A DNA stretch of 64,000 nucleotides from Tubiluchus corallicola (Eukaryota > Animalia > Priapulida), in contig JAQGDQ010000007.1 in NCBI GenBank assembly GCA_030141605.1, positions 248,001-312,000 on the forward strand. Direction: 5' to 3'. A program made the translations under genes and the position numbers. Every line of letters starts with the position of its first letter. Positions within the stretch are counted from its first letter, which is position 1. Positions 1 through 14,300 of this stretch are shown here, piece by piece. The notes under the pieces were generated by a model. The model worked only from the letters and a program-made list of their open reading frames with translations, made no database searches and had not been told where the DNA came from.

Positions 1-1065
1 ATTTACCTTTTTAATTAATCTATCAAGAGTAACTTAATAAAAGAATCACTCGAGCTTGAAATCAGTCACTAGATTTCAAGCTGCCCACTTCGCTAAGTGC
101 TAAGGTCGCACTACGAGCAGTTATACATTAAAAATCTCATATATGTACAAATAGATCTGCACAGTAGGAAGTAAGTGAAATTTAGTGCCACGTCTGGTGC
201 AAGAGCAAACACCCTGCTAATAAGAATTCCCATGAAATGCTTTACAGGACAGCTAAGATAAATCGTAGAACATTCAAGTCATCTGCCAGGTAAAAAAGAC
301 ATGTTACTAATATAAATGAAATTAAAGAAAATGCATTTACATTTACCAAGTTGCATTCTTAATAATTTATTTCAACATAATCTACAGTAGGTTAACTATA
401 ACATACTCTATTCCTCAAAAATAGTGTATACTATATAATATTGTATTTTCTCAACAACACCATATCAACAACTCCTTGCAACGTTGTCTGCTTATTTGTA
501 AACAAAATTTGATCTGTCCCTTCAACAAATGCCGAAACCACAGCGATGTCAGCTTTTTCCACTAAATGTTACATTACAGCTCCACTAAATCTTAGAAAAT
601 TCTAAAAAACCGGATTCAAAATAACTGTCATATTTGGTACGCATGCATATATTAGATATGGAAATGTATTTACTATAGTCATAAGTTTTTCATATCCACA
701 TAACTTATTGCATAAAGCAATCAGTAATTACAATAAAATTTTGTGACCTTATCGCTCTTTAAAATGCATGAACAAGGAAAATTTAATAATACTCATCAAT
801 TTTATATAACAAAAATATATTACCAGCACACTAGTTTACTAAGTTTGCAACAATCCATTTCTTCACTGTTTTATTGACATTATTAACACTTCTATTACTA
901 ATAACCATTGGAAAATGCTTGAGCAAAATCCGCATAAACATTCTTGTAGAGTGCAATAACAACACCGCGAAAGTACAGCTTACAAACAGACAGAGCAATC
1001 AAAATGTACGAAACTGCTTTCAGTAATTCACCTGTAATTAGAAAACAATAAATACTTTCATAATA

Positions 1066-4000
1066 CTACTTAGAGGTAGCAGCATTATAATCCTTGTGTA
1101 GCAGGCGCTGCATTATCGGAGAATCAATTGCTGCATTCGTGAATAGACAGCCAACAAATGTTCGGGAGCCCCACAGGTGATGGCGTATAACCTTACAACA
1201 ACCGAGGTCATCAATTTCAAAGCCAAAGTGACGATACCTCTCGTCTGTCTCAAACATGGTAGAGTTTGTGAACTGCCCCAAGTACTGTTAAAAAACAAAA
1301 CTGAATATCAAATAATTAGTCAGAAAAGAATTGCCACTGCACCAGGAAAGTTATATATGCATAATCCTTCTGTAACTTTAGTTATACTAATACGTTTAAC
1401 ACAAAACAATCAATACCAGTTGAATCAAAACTTGACAACGTGACAGTGCATAACCTGAAGTGGTATACTTACATGTTACATCTTGAACACGAAAAATTCT
1501 CTAGTTGCAAAACAAATTTTATAGGCAGAAAACTGATCGTAAAGTCTGACAGGCGCATGACAATGGGAAGTGACCATTACTCAGCAAGTTAGTCTATATA
1601 CCAAATTAAGTTGTAACCCAAGCTTCAAAAAAAATTCCAATTTGATTAGAAGAAATAAGGTTCCTTAATCTAGACTTCTGCTTCAAAGGTAAAAGGCTAC
1701 TTCAAAACAAATTCCTGGGTAAGTTAATAACATACAGTTAAACCTTGTTATACACCTGCAAAATGGCAAGAACAAAATGGATAGCTATATTAAACATTAT
1801 ACAGACAAATTAATATATATGTTCAATGAAGAAATACCACAAGCCATGCCAGTGACCTTGATATTATGCCGTCTGTACGAGGCTGTCATATGCTCCGCTG
1901 AGTCGCTTACACTGACCAGATGACCAGACGTCACCTGTCATGCAAAATAATGCATTATACCATGCTTTAATTGCTGTCAAGATATACTATACATCGAATA
2001 TTTACATTAATAAAGAATTGATAGCTGTGATATTATTGTCAATAGCAACTGACAAGAAAACATGTGGTTCTTTTTTCACCCACAAGAAATGTGATATTTG
2101 TTTGTTTTCTAAGAATCATCCAAGCAAATCCCAGCAAGAAATTTGTAGTTATCACTTAACCTTTTTTTGCATAAACATGATTAGTGGAGCAGTGGGCCTA
2201 CAGCCTATTACAATAACAGTTACATGTATATATAGTTGATACGTTTACTATGTCTATATAAACAAAATGTTTTTGATAAAGATGATTGATTTTGAGTGAG
2301 TCATTATTTCACAAATGATTAATTTAATAATTTTCTTTTAATGCATTAAGGTACAACTCCATGTGTATGTAACACGTGATCCATAATGCGTATACAACAG
2401 TTTGTATTCAAACATGTTGAAGTGTTTCACTGTATACGTAAAGCGTAATCCGTAACGTGTGATCCATATTCATTCGAACGTGATCACTACCGTCCAAATA
2501 CACATCACGCAGCAATAAGCAGACAGGAAACTGCCATTGCCTAGGTGATTAAATCTAGTTTTCAAGTTTCTGGTGACCATTTCCACTGTTTAGATTGCTG
2601 AAAATTCTAGTTACGTGAGTTTTGGTCGCCTTAGGACCTACAAACAATAATGTTTTTTTCTATTTGAGTTTTGAGAGGTGAAAGAAGCTTATAGTTATGT
2701 GTTGTGCATCTGACTGCAGCTTTTTCACTAGATTGTTCTCTTCCCTGCAAAATGTTAGTACAGTAATAAGCTAATGCCACAGCTGTAATTATCACGCTTA
2801 AATTTCAACAAAGACATGGTTTGATTAGGTTTCACAAATTAATGCTTGCAATTTTCATGAATAGCGGCCAAAAATGGTGGAAAGAGCAAGGTGAGCTTTG
2901 TTAATATGCATAATATTTACGGACACATGGAAACAGTCAATACGCATCACTCATTATGCATTCCTAGCTGATTACGTGCATATGGAGTGGTAGCTTTAGA
3001 CGACTCTAACCTGTGTAAACTCGTCGGACTGTTCTGTGATTTGGCTATAGCAACGTTTAACACACCTAGTTTTAATGCCAGTTTTTTCCCATCCAAAAGT
3101 GGGTGATATAAAGAGGTTTAACTGTAGTTTCGTATTTATAAAGCAGTGGAAGACTAGAAGCTTCAGTGACTTACAGGTCTGCCAGATGACGGATCAATAA
3201 AGTCAGCCCAGTAACCTTCTTCCGAAAGACCTGTGCAAATATCCTGAGCACCTTGAACAAACTGCAAATAAAACAAATGTAAATATGCATAACAAGCAAA
3301 TACAAGAGATACAAACAGATGCAATAATGTTTAAAAATTTAGAATTAAAGATTAATGGAGAATCTAACATTTCTACATTTTTACAAAGATTACAAAAGCT
3401 TCAAAATGTTAATTAATGCAGAATTATAGGAACTATTCAATTTTAATATACATCATCTTTATACGCACGAGTTCGGAATTACAAGACAAAAATAAAAAAA
3501 TTAAAAACAGACTTTAATTAGAGAATTAAAAATAAAAACCAGATACTTGGCAATCTCTGTCAGTTTATCATATTTTTGCAAGCAAGGAATTCTGATTCAA
3601 AACTAGTTCAATCAAAAATGCAAAAGTGACACTTAGCCCTAAATATTGTGTGACAAAAATAAAAAGGCGTCAAGCACTTATGTGATAGTGACAGGTAAAG
3701 TTATTCAAACCATTCCAATTTTATCAGAAAAATGCAAAGTTCAGATACATTAAATGTCCCCTCCCCCAACTCCAGCTCTTTCTGAAAGACAGTGAAGTCA
3801 GATGAGTTTTCTTTCTTTACTTCCTACAACAAGTGTCCCACCCTGTCCACCACCATTAGTACTTACCACCAGCTATACTTACAGTAGCGAGCATCTCCTC
3901 CCTCTCAACTTCCACCGCTGGGTTCCACTTCGTCATGTCGTTCTCCGTTTTCTGGCTGATTGTTATAACAGTGAGCATGCCATGACATATGTCTATATTG

Positions 4001-6138
4001 GGAAATAACGACTGAAAATCTAGACAAAAACAAGTAATTACTGCAATGGGGAACGGAATCTACATGTGATGTACGAGCTCACTATTCCAATGCATCAAAA
4101 TCAAAATTGCAAACTTAAATCAATTGAGATAGCCATTATTACATCATTATTACAATAAAATTGTAAATATCTTTTTCAAAATGTGACATAGCTAAGTTGG
4201 GCTGAATAATTGTCGAAAAAATACTTATCGCTAATTGTAAATAATTTATTTATCTAAATCACAAAGAGCAATGAAAACTAGCAGTACCAACACGGTGAAA
4301 TTATGAAACAGTGATGTAATACGAAACTACATATTCTAGAACTTGACTGATTTGTTGTCAGAATTACGTATAAGATATTCAGCACATTAAAACATGCAGA
4401 GTGAAACATAAATTATGATTAAAAACCTATACCTTTTCTTAACATCTGTGGGCAGTCATGAGCGGCACACTCAAGATTTTCCTGGGCACTAGGCTCCTCT
4501 GGCAAGAATCCATCATCAGGACAATACTGGAAACATTACAAATTGGTTATATTCCAGGGCAAAAATCTTCACTGTCCACAAACTCTGTACAATGCAGAGA
4601 CCCTACTCTGTTGCAATGCAAATGATTAATACAACTGTTGCACAAAGAAACATCATTATCACCATCAAATTTCAAGATTACATTGTGAAAATACTTTACT
4701 GTTATACAATGCTATATATTTAATATATATCTCGTATTGAAAAACTTTTGCTCTTAATTTATGCTTGAAAATAAAGACAAATGTTTGTTTCAAAACCTGT
4801 ATTGTTTATAAATATTTTATTTGCTCGTACGTGTGAAAAAACAACTCACCTTTGTAAGTTCCAGTTGATATTTCGAACCAACATTTCCCGGCAAAGGAAA
4901 AGATTTATCCTTTGGACCAAAGGGACCGAGAGATTTGTCTGGCCACTTTGTTACTTGCGCTAAGAAACAGAAACAATGTATGAAAAAAACTTGAAAAACT
5001 GGTAAAAACTGCACAAGTGAACTCAACAACTGTTATAATTTAGTGAAATAAAGATTTCCTGCTTATCTTGTTACACAGATACTAGTCTACAATCTTAGTA
5101 GAAGACTCCATGTACTTTATGTAACTCATAAATTACAAATCATGGTGATGATAAATAGCAGCTGGTGCAAGAGCCCTTTTTTGAAATATAAGCTACTTGC
5201 TATTGTCATTGTGAAAGCACATCATCGCACTGCTTTTAAACAGTTTGACATATCCACTCCAAAAATCTTCATTGTATGGGAAAACTAAAAGAAGTTGGTG
5301 ACATTGTGCTACCTGGCTTTACAAACTTTTGATTTTATCTTATACTTCTGAATGGCCTTTGATTTTTTTAGGTCCATTTTCAGAAGGAATAAAATTTATA
5401 CAGATTATTTTCACAGGCAAATATCAACAAAAAACCACTGGCATAAGAAAATACAAATATTGAATAACAAACCTCACATTAAAAACAAGGGAAAAGAAAG
5501 GGCATAATGCTTCGAACTACTTCTATAGTTTTTCTTCAGGCAAGAATAAAAAACAAAAAGAGAAAGAACTGTAACCATATACTAAAGCTAGTATGGAATT
5601 TTTTTATTTATAATATTCAAATAGAAAGGTTATCACACTGGTAACGGTACAAGCCCATAGAAAAAATATAGTTTTTCTATGTGAATGTATCCTTTTCAGT
5701 GTAATATCCTTGTCATGTTAATGAAATAAACAAGGAATCTCCAAAAAATAGTTCACTAATTCTAATAATTGCTTATTTTTGCTCTTTTTTGTCTTTTTAC
5801 ATTCACCTAAAGGAGAAATACGGAAGTAGTTCGAAATGTTGCGCCCTTTCTTTTTCCATCAATTATGGGATTTTTATTCATTGTTACTCTTCTTGTCTGA
5901 ACAACAAACATACTTTGCACCCTGCGACACCCCCGTGAAAAATCTTTAATTAAATTAAACTTTCAACATCAGTATCAAGGACAATCTTACACAATTAACA
6001 CATCTTACATGTAGCTTCAGTGACATAGAAATACGTTCCGCGTGAATGTTCATCATGCGTTGCATATCCTCTCATAGCAGTAGCAGCAACATTCAGACTT
6101 GGCATGTAGCGCACCAGCCGTGTTGGACAGCTCATCAT
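1066..6138 (-). CDS. MMADHC: Cobalamin trafficking protein CblD (~258 aa); coding exons 6009-6138, 4850-4959, 4433-4526, 3883-4019, 3175-3261, 1066-1284
   Basis: GT-AG junctions with matching phases, 777 nt total. Motifs [35 protein letters not shown] and [29 protein letters not shown] are characteristic of MMADHC. A non-coding first exon probably ends near 8140. Confidence 0.95.
2347..2998. mobile_element. Old non-autonomous DNA transposon (MITE, Kolobok-like ends) in an MMADHC intron
   Basis: Imperfect inverted termini TTAAGGTACAACTCCATGTGTATGTAA and TTACGTGCATATGGAGTGGTAGCTTTA. Confidence 0.55.
5461..5880. mobile_element. Degenerate MITE in an MMADHC intron
   Basis: GAAAAGAAAGGGCATAATGCTTCGAACTACTTC (~5491-5523) is inverted at GAAGTAGTTCGAAATGTTGCGCCCTTTCTTTTTC (~5823-5856). 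Confidence 0.6.
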
Positions 6139-9100
6139 TCTACAGAAAATGCAAAATATGATGTAATACACATTTATACCAAGTGGCTAATAATCTCAGT
6201 ATCAACAGTATGTAAATATTGATCCTGAATTTCACTTCACACTTACGACTCCTGAGCTGTGTGCTGGTATAATTTAATACAAAGTATAAAAGTTACAGAA
6301 CTGCCACAGTATGAATGAAAAGCCAAGAAATTTTGCTGTCATTACTTGTTTTGAAAAAAGGCAAAAGAACATGATCGCTTGCTTGCTTTTAACAACTCCA
6401 GTATTACAAATAAACCTGTTTGTATTTTGACCTCAGTGCCTTTCCTTGCAGTTGACATACATATTATTGCTTGCTAGAATATTCAAGTTTAATACAATAT
6501 GTATATAGGTGGCTTTTGCTTGTCAATGTAAGATAGTCAATATCAAATATAACCAAGTCTATATCTTTTATACAGGTCCTTTGCCTTCTTCTAAAAATAT
6601 AACTAACGATAGGATCATTGGAACATTTTCTACTTCTGAGTTCACTTCGTAGCAGCATTGTCACTTTATATTTTCGACACTCTACTATGCTAACGCAACG
6701 TTTAACATATAGTGAGTTCCGGAAGACAAATAAATCTGGCAATTACATGTTTGCCTGGTGCTAACTAATGAGTTAGAGATGGGTGTCTACAAGACAAAGT
6801 GTTATTGACCAAGTAAAGCCGACTCTTACACAGATACAACATTTTTTTAGAAAAAGTGCGACAAATTCAAATATATTGAATTCTTAGGCACCACTAAATC
6901 ATTCTACATTTTTAATCACGCTCTGTGCGGACCTGCAAAAGTACGCAAGCTCAATATTCAATACAGGAATTGCCTATAAACTAAAGAACATTACTTGTTA
7001 CTTATGATTTTTAACTATAGCATACCTAGTGTTAAAATGGTAGCCAAAAGCCACTAAACTAGTGTTTTTCAGGTTACTTTTCAAACAAATCTAAGACTAT
7101 TGCAGATTACGATTCAGCAAGTTTACAGATTCGCAATGTCAAACTTGAGTTCGCTTGAAAGTAAATATTTTAAGTGTGGAGCAAGTACCACACTTAACTG
7201 ACCCTATAAAATTTGGCTTATATTTTTTGCTGTTTCCAGGCATATTAACCAAAGTTAATACGGCTTGAATAATAACAAAAAATTAATTCTGATTCTGTGA
7301 AATAAGATACAGCTTTATCTGCGGATACTCAGGGACCTCTCTACTGTGTGCAGTAGCACTTTTGATACAAAAGCTTTTCTCTTTTGTCCCGGCAATGATG
7401 CAAATGATACACAAAAATCACAACTCAATATATAGCAATAGCATCAGAGATGGGTAAGCTTTCTTCTTATTTTTGTCTGCTAATAGACAGGGCACGCAAA
7501 AAGTCTGCACAATCCGTGGATCTTACACAATAGCTGGGTCAGCAACTCAGCACGCTCCGCTACAAGAGAAAATCAGTCATTTCTATAATAGAGAATTAAA
7601 TGAAAGCTAGGGCAACAGATATTTTGAACTTCAATTTTACATCTGTTTAACTAACAGCAACAGTTTTATAATTACTATGTACTTACTTTGTAGTGAAATG
7701 CTGTAGTAAAAATAATTTATTTTTATGATGTGCACTTTTTTTATCATGTGTGTGTTGTAATTTTACATTTTTTTTTACAATAAAATGAATTATGAGATGC
7801 CAATTTAATTCGATTAGGTCTGTAATTAGTGTAAGTTTGCAGTACTACAAGAAAATCTTCCGGACCCAAAGGAAAACTAGCAAGATACTTGGGCTAGCAG
7901 AGCCGAAGTAATGCAACCACTTCGAAAGTACTTGTTCCACCACATCTTGAATACGTCTGTCATCTCTAACGCAAATCTAACTCTAACTAGTCTAACTGAG
8001 TAACTAGTGTCAAGATAACGCCAGCGATGTAAGTAACCACTGAATAATAATGTAAGCGAATGCCATCGAAGGATGCTCAAAAAATTTCAATTACATTCTT
8101 TTCTTGATCTCCTTTTTTCTATCTGAAATAGACGTTTACCTTAATAATAAGAAATTATAAAATTATTCTGAGGGGTCCAACCTTCAACCACTTCGATCCA
8201 GTAAACATCGTCTGCGAAATGCGAATTTGCGAAATGGGCAAACTTGTAATCTGCGCATCCTGACTGTTATCTATGGTTTCGTTGTCTTGGTGGTCTGCTC
8301 TATGTCCACTCCGTTAAAGTAACAGGCACTATTAACTTTTTAAAATAATTTTATTAGGGAAAATCACATTTCTCGCACATACTCTCCTAGACATTTTTAC
8401 CAGGCAACTTTCCAAATTTCGCCTTTTTTAACGTTGAATTTTTGACCCAAATCTAATAATTTTTAGTGAATCACATTTAAAGATTAAATCATAAAATGAT
8501 TTTATATTTCATGCTCCATATTAATTAGTGCAATCGAAGAAATACTGTAGTAACGTGGTCACGTAATTTAACTGGTATGCTGGGCATTTGCCAAGCTGGA
8601 CATTTAATGTGGGTCAAATCTCTGAAAGGTTATGATAAAGATGATGATGACAACTAATGCCGGCAATGGGCGTTACCATTGGCCGGCAACCAAAGGAACG
8701 CACAGTAGTTATTAAAACAGCAGATTCGTGCCTCTATCCGAAAATTTATTTCCAGTGATCTTTGCCTTCTTTACCGGAAATGAATGGATTCCAAATTTTG
8801 CCTAGACGTATCGAGACTTTGCTAGGTTTCATAATTATAACTTCAACATTTAATTTGACATTACTTTGGCCATAGGTGCACATACAGACAGACAGATGTT
8901 ACTAAGTGCACTATCCAATTGCTATGGTACTCTCCTCAACATGGGCAATACTGATAATAAAGATGGGGCTGTAAAAGATGGTTAATTTAATGTTAGGAAA
9001 GCAGAGTTGCACTATTTGATATAATGATATAATTAATCTGTCCCACTTTAGATAAATCCTCTGTGTTTAGACTAGGTTCGGTTTGGGAGATCCTGTTGCC

Positions 9101-9244
9101 GATCTTTTTAGCTGGTAAATTGAGCAACTGCGAATATGTGCAATACAGCATTGAACTGAAGGGACCAAACAACTCGTGTTGCAAAATTTATCCAGAACCG
9201 TGCAAAATGTCAGGATGGACGGAGTAATTAAAGTTAAACCTGAC

Positions 9245-10450
9245 AGTAAACCTAGCGAATCTCCCGCACCAGTTTACAGTGCACATGCAGATGTCCCTGT
9301 CTGTGGTGCTACTAAACCACGGAACCATTACCTGCAGGCAACAGTATACCTGGCATTTACTGCCTGCAAATATTAATGACCATATAATGGATCGAACCAT
9401 TATAATGTACAGGTGGGGAAGCGAAAATAAATGATACTTTTAATGCCTACTAAAAGAAAATTACTTTGAAAATTACAAAAGTGCATAGTACCTAATGAAA
9501 AATTTAATTATAGAGTATTTAAGACTTACAGGAGACTTTTGTTCAGGGCAGGTTCATCGTTGTCGATAACCATGACAGAGCTGTGGCTACAAGGGTGGCT
9601 ACATGAAAATTCATTCGAGCTTCTGCATCCTCATGACGAACATAATTTGCATAGGCAATTTCATGTATGCATATACTGCATATGGATTACAACCAAAAAG
9701 CTGGGATATAACCACAGTGGTACCAAACTTTTCGGATAACACTGTAGGCAAACTGTGAGTCGTCCACAGCCATTAGGTTCCATCAGAAGTGATACTCTGT
9801 GGGCCGTAAGATGAGCTTGTTGCCCATCATTGTTAACTGGCATCAAAATGTAATGTCAAATGGCTGCCCCTCGCCAAGCTGTCTAAAAACATGATGAGGT
9901 GCTTAGTGTCAACACACTGGCTTTGCTCTAATTCCGAAAAAGGGTGTCAGAATCGTGTGCTACATCCCGCGAAAAACTGCTGAAGAAAGCGAAAATCTAT
10001 TGAATGCCAAAACACGGAGAACCACCCGCATTATCCCACTTGAGCTCTGATTTCGAAACATCAGAAGCATGTTGTGTACCACTTGTGAGTGTTACTGGAG
10101 GCAGTGAGAATCTGTGGATCATCAACATCATTACAGTGAGCTGATGGATGGCGCCTAAGTAGTATTCGGCCGAAAAGTGCTGCTGCATTGTGCCATCCAA
10201 AAAAAAAACGTGCAAAAATGCCGAAATCCAATGACTAACAACTAAACCTGCCAACAAACTTGTCCAGCATCTTCCAGACTGGTTTACAGGGCTGGTGCTG
10301 AGACAATGTATACACCTGTCTGCGCTTCTGAACCACGGAGCCATTAGCTGTGTAGCTGTGAGCAATATTATATCTGGTATTCAGTGCCCGCACGTAATAG
10401 ATCGAACCATTAATTACAAAGTAGAGGGTAACTGAAAATAAGTGTCACTT
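9245..10450 (+). repeat. Diverged direct repeats (~9245-9440 and ~10245-10450) around decayed coding-like sequence
   Basis: Shared blocks GTTTACAG, AACCACGGA(A/G)CCATTA, GATCGAACCATTA and GAAAATAA in the same order. Confidence 0.55.
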
Positions 10451-11322
10451 CGCCAACAGGGCAATATTTTTATAATTAACTAATTAATTATCTTCAAGTC
10501 ATTCCTGGCTTTAAATAAATCAGAAAAATTAATCTAACTAAGGCTTATAATTAATATATTAGAAATGCTGGATTGATAATGAGCCGTTAATACTGAGTAA
10601 CACCTGCTATGATCATAATAGACTAAAACAATGTTATATAATCTAAATCCGAAACTATGTTTCATGTGAACAAGTCACATATGGTGCTGTTTGTTATTCG
10701 TTTTACGTACCAGTACTCATAAGTTACAGCAACAGCAGAAAACAATGATATTTTTGTTGTTGAAATTGTTACTAAATCTTTGTGATTTGGTGTTGCTGTT
10801 GTTATTGTTGGTATATATATATATTGTCATCGGAGTGCGAATCACAATTCACATCTCATAACTAACTCTGTAGATGGAAAGACGTTTATTATGAATCAGA
10901 CTATTATCGTATATTGCGTTTGTTATTATAAGCTCGTATTATGAATGTCTCTTTTATGAAACAACCTAAATTGATCCACATATTATTAATTTGCGAATTA
11001 GTGCCGTTTACTTAGGTCATTTCTGAAAAACAACACTGTTCTAAAAATACTGTGAAAAATTATACGTTTGCCGTTATCATACCAGGCCACATGCAGAGGT
11101 GCCGTAGCTGTCATTTGTATGTAAGCAACAAAAATGACCATGATGTAAACTCCGAAGTTTAAGTCGGATACTGCGTATAATCATAACATGCGCGCAACTT
11201 GTAAACATAAACAATGGCGGAGAACAATGCAAGCGAAAATGTTATTTCTTAATATTGCTGTGGTCAAGTTCTTAAACTTTAACCATTTGTTGCTGGTGTC
11301 ATCGCCAAAAGCGAAAATTAAA

Positions 11323-14300
11323 ATGATTGTAGTTTGGGAATTACTGACGTTTTGGATGTCTTTCAAAACGCTCTTAGCAGAAACAGATTTGATTGTTCTT
11401 CATACAAATGACTTGAGTTCAAGAATAGAACAAGCTGATGTTTTGGGCGGACCATGCAGTCAAGCGGAAGATTTAGACGGTTTATGTTGGGGCGGCTATC
11501 CCAGAATTATTTCAAAGGTTACGCTCCTACAGAATATTCTATTTAATTGGGGAGCTAGCAGCCAGCTAGAGTTTCAAATTGAACAACTAGTTTTCAGTTC
11601 AGTTTACATAAATACTATTCTAGTACATTGGCAATACACATAGAAAACGCACTTTATAATTACTCAAAAATATAAATTTGGCAAAATATAACAAGTCTTT
11701 ATTAAAGATTATACAAAACTTACATAAGTCTATACTACAGGACTATGATGGAAAACTGGTGTCAACATATAGATAATAATAATGCCAATAACTGCTACCT
11801 AAAAATGACAGATAACGTACATAATTACAGTAAATGCTTATTTGCATTTCACTAATATAGAGGTAGAAGTATAGTTGTATGCTTTATTTTCGTAGATTCT
11901 CCTATTTTCAGTATATAGAGAGCAATTAAAAATGAAAAATAGTACGTCTTCCATTTTAGATTATAAGACTATGTCATGGACTTAAGTCAAAAAGTTAGAC
12001 TAACCAGACAGACTCAGCTTTCGCCTGATCTAAAGTGATTTTATGCACTTGTAGAAAATTTCCAAATTATTTTTTGCAAAACTGGCTCGAATATTTAATT
12101 AATGTATTACGTTCATTTATTTTACAAATAATATGATTATTGGTTCTGTGAATCTGAAACTTTATTTCAACATTTTATTTTCCGGTGTCGCTTTGTATTG
12201 CATTTTATCTTCACGTCTTGTTAATTTTATCTAAGTACCTAATAAAAATACAAGGAGGTAACTACAAATCCTGCAAATTTCACACATCGCTTGATCAGTT
12301 CTTAAATTTGTTCAGCGAACTTCAATTCAGGATTGTATACTTTATGACATAAACTCCTGGCGATGATGATGATGATGAATTGATGATGATGATATCTAGA
12401 AGTAGAAGGAGAAAGAAAAGAACTACAATGATATCGCGTTGTTGGTGTTGGTAATAGGAGTAGCAATGGCAATAGTGGTGATTTTTATTGAAGTGAATGG
12501 TGGCAGGGATAAAAGTGGATTAAAATTTGTTGAGGACTTTTGCAAGTAACCTAATAAACTACAACTGCTCAGTTTAGCTCATCTCCATGAGGAACAAAAA
12601 CTAGCTAATAAGAAATTACACGGTAGGTTGCCAGTTTTGGAATAATAATGCACGTTTTGGGCCTCATGTTATGAAGTCTTGCACTTTTGTGCTTTTAAGG
12701 AACAATCTTCTGTCAACTGTCAACTGCGGCACTTCAACAAACTTCAAAATTTTCACAGGTAAAGGAAATTAGAAGCGGTTTAGGTGGACCAATTGATGAA
12801 TATAGCTATGAATATGAAGACGACAATGATGATTATGAGTATAACTACGAAGATGATGATGACTACGGCAATGGCGATGATAATGTTAACTATTATGATG
12901 GTGCAAACAGCACGATGAAGCCGAACGTTGTATTTATGGATGCTGGAGAACAAGCCGAGGGTACATTGTGGTATGCTGTGCACAGGTGGAGAGTCATAGC
13001 CTACTTCATGAACTTGGCAGGATATGACGTTGCCGTAAGTATTAACGAAAAAAATGAGTACAGGAAATGAGTATTTCATATAAAACACGGTGTAGTTTCA
13101 GAATATCCAAGATTTTTTTACAAAATTTCAAGATTGTTATTTATTCAACCTAAAATATGACATTCGAACCAATACATTAGTTCGTTTGGATGAAACACTT
13201 AAGACTGTAGCTTAATTTCGATTACATATATTAATGTTGTGTGGCTGAGGGGACCTGAAGATGAACCATCATGGTATCAAGAAAGCTAAACTTACACTTT
13301 CAAATGCCCAGACGGCGTAGCTTCAGTCAGTTCCCAAAACACGTGAACAAAACGAGATGAGGGGCAAACTATGGAATGTGTTTAAAACCAAATTGTTTGA
13401 TAGTAAAGCTTATACACTACCGGTCGAAGGTGAAAAGTTTCTTAAAATTAATTTTACTTCAACATTTACTTTTGAAACGTTTTTTGTATGGTTAGAGCTG
13501 AAAAGACGTATCTTGGACACTTGTGCCAGACTAGTAAGGGTGTGGCCTGTGAGTTTTTTATTCGACACTGCAAGTGAGTAGAAGTCAACCGTTGTGCTTA
13601 GTCAGTCTAGGCAGTGGGAAGGGACCGGAATTTGCTCATTACTAAGATTAGTTTTCCAAGAGGAGGCATTAGACTGGCAGAATTGTCCAGCTTACTGTGC
13701 ATTTATCGTATGTTTACTACAACATACAACAAAGAGCATATATATTATATTCATATACGTTACAAATTATTATTCTTGCAGACTATAGGAAATCATGACT
13801 TTGATCTTGGCGTAGAAAACGCTGCAGATTTCTTAAAGAATCTTAGCTTTCCTGTCGTAAGCACTAATATTGACGCTAAAAATGAACCACTAATAAGAAG
13901 CAGGTGAGTGTCCTGTACTAACGATCAGGTGAGTAAGCTGATTGACTGATTGACTAGGTGCCACCCAGGGTTTCCCTGTTGTCTTTCTTTTTATCCAAAA
14001 GGGTTCGTTTACTGTGCAGTTTGGTTTCGAACTGGATCCAGCACTTAATGGCAAGGCCTGCTCCGTGTGAAGGCCTGAGGTGGGATCTCAATTTTGAGGT
14101 GGCATACTGCAATAGCACATTTTTGAGGTAGACAATAGCAAGTGCCTCAACCAGGGTCGGGTGATGACATATACAAACTCCATCAAACAAACAGTTAGAG
14201 TAGGCAAATCAAACAGCCCAGAGTGAATGTTAAGCCTGACAGTCACTCATCCATTCATTGGCAAGTCTCAGCATTGCTTAACTTTTGTCGCTAAGCATAC

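Noticed and set aside
8622-8660. YDKDDDDN, resembling a FLAG tag
   Set aside because: Imperfect match in a tiny ORF from a GAT run, with no vector context.
11188-11322. In-frame upstream ATGs extending paralogue 1 by up to 45 aa
   Set aside because: ATG 11323 (AAAATG context) starts a signal-peptide-like segment at a position comparable to the paralogue 2 start. The extension cannot be excluded without TSS data.
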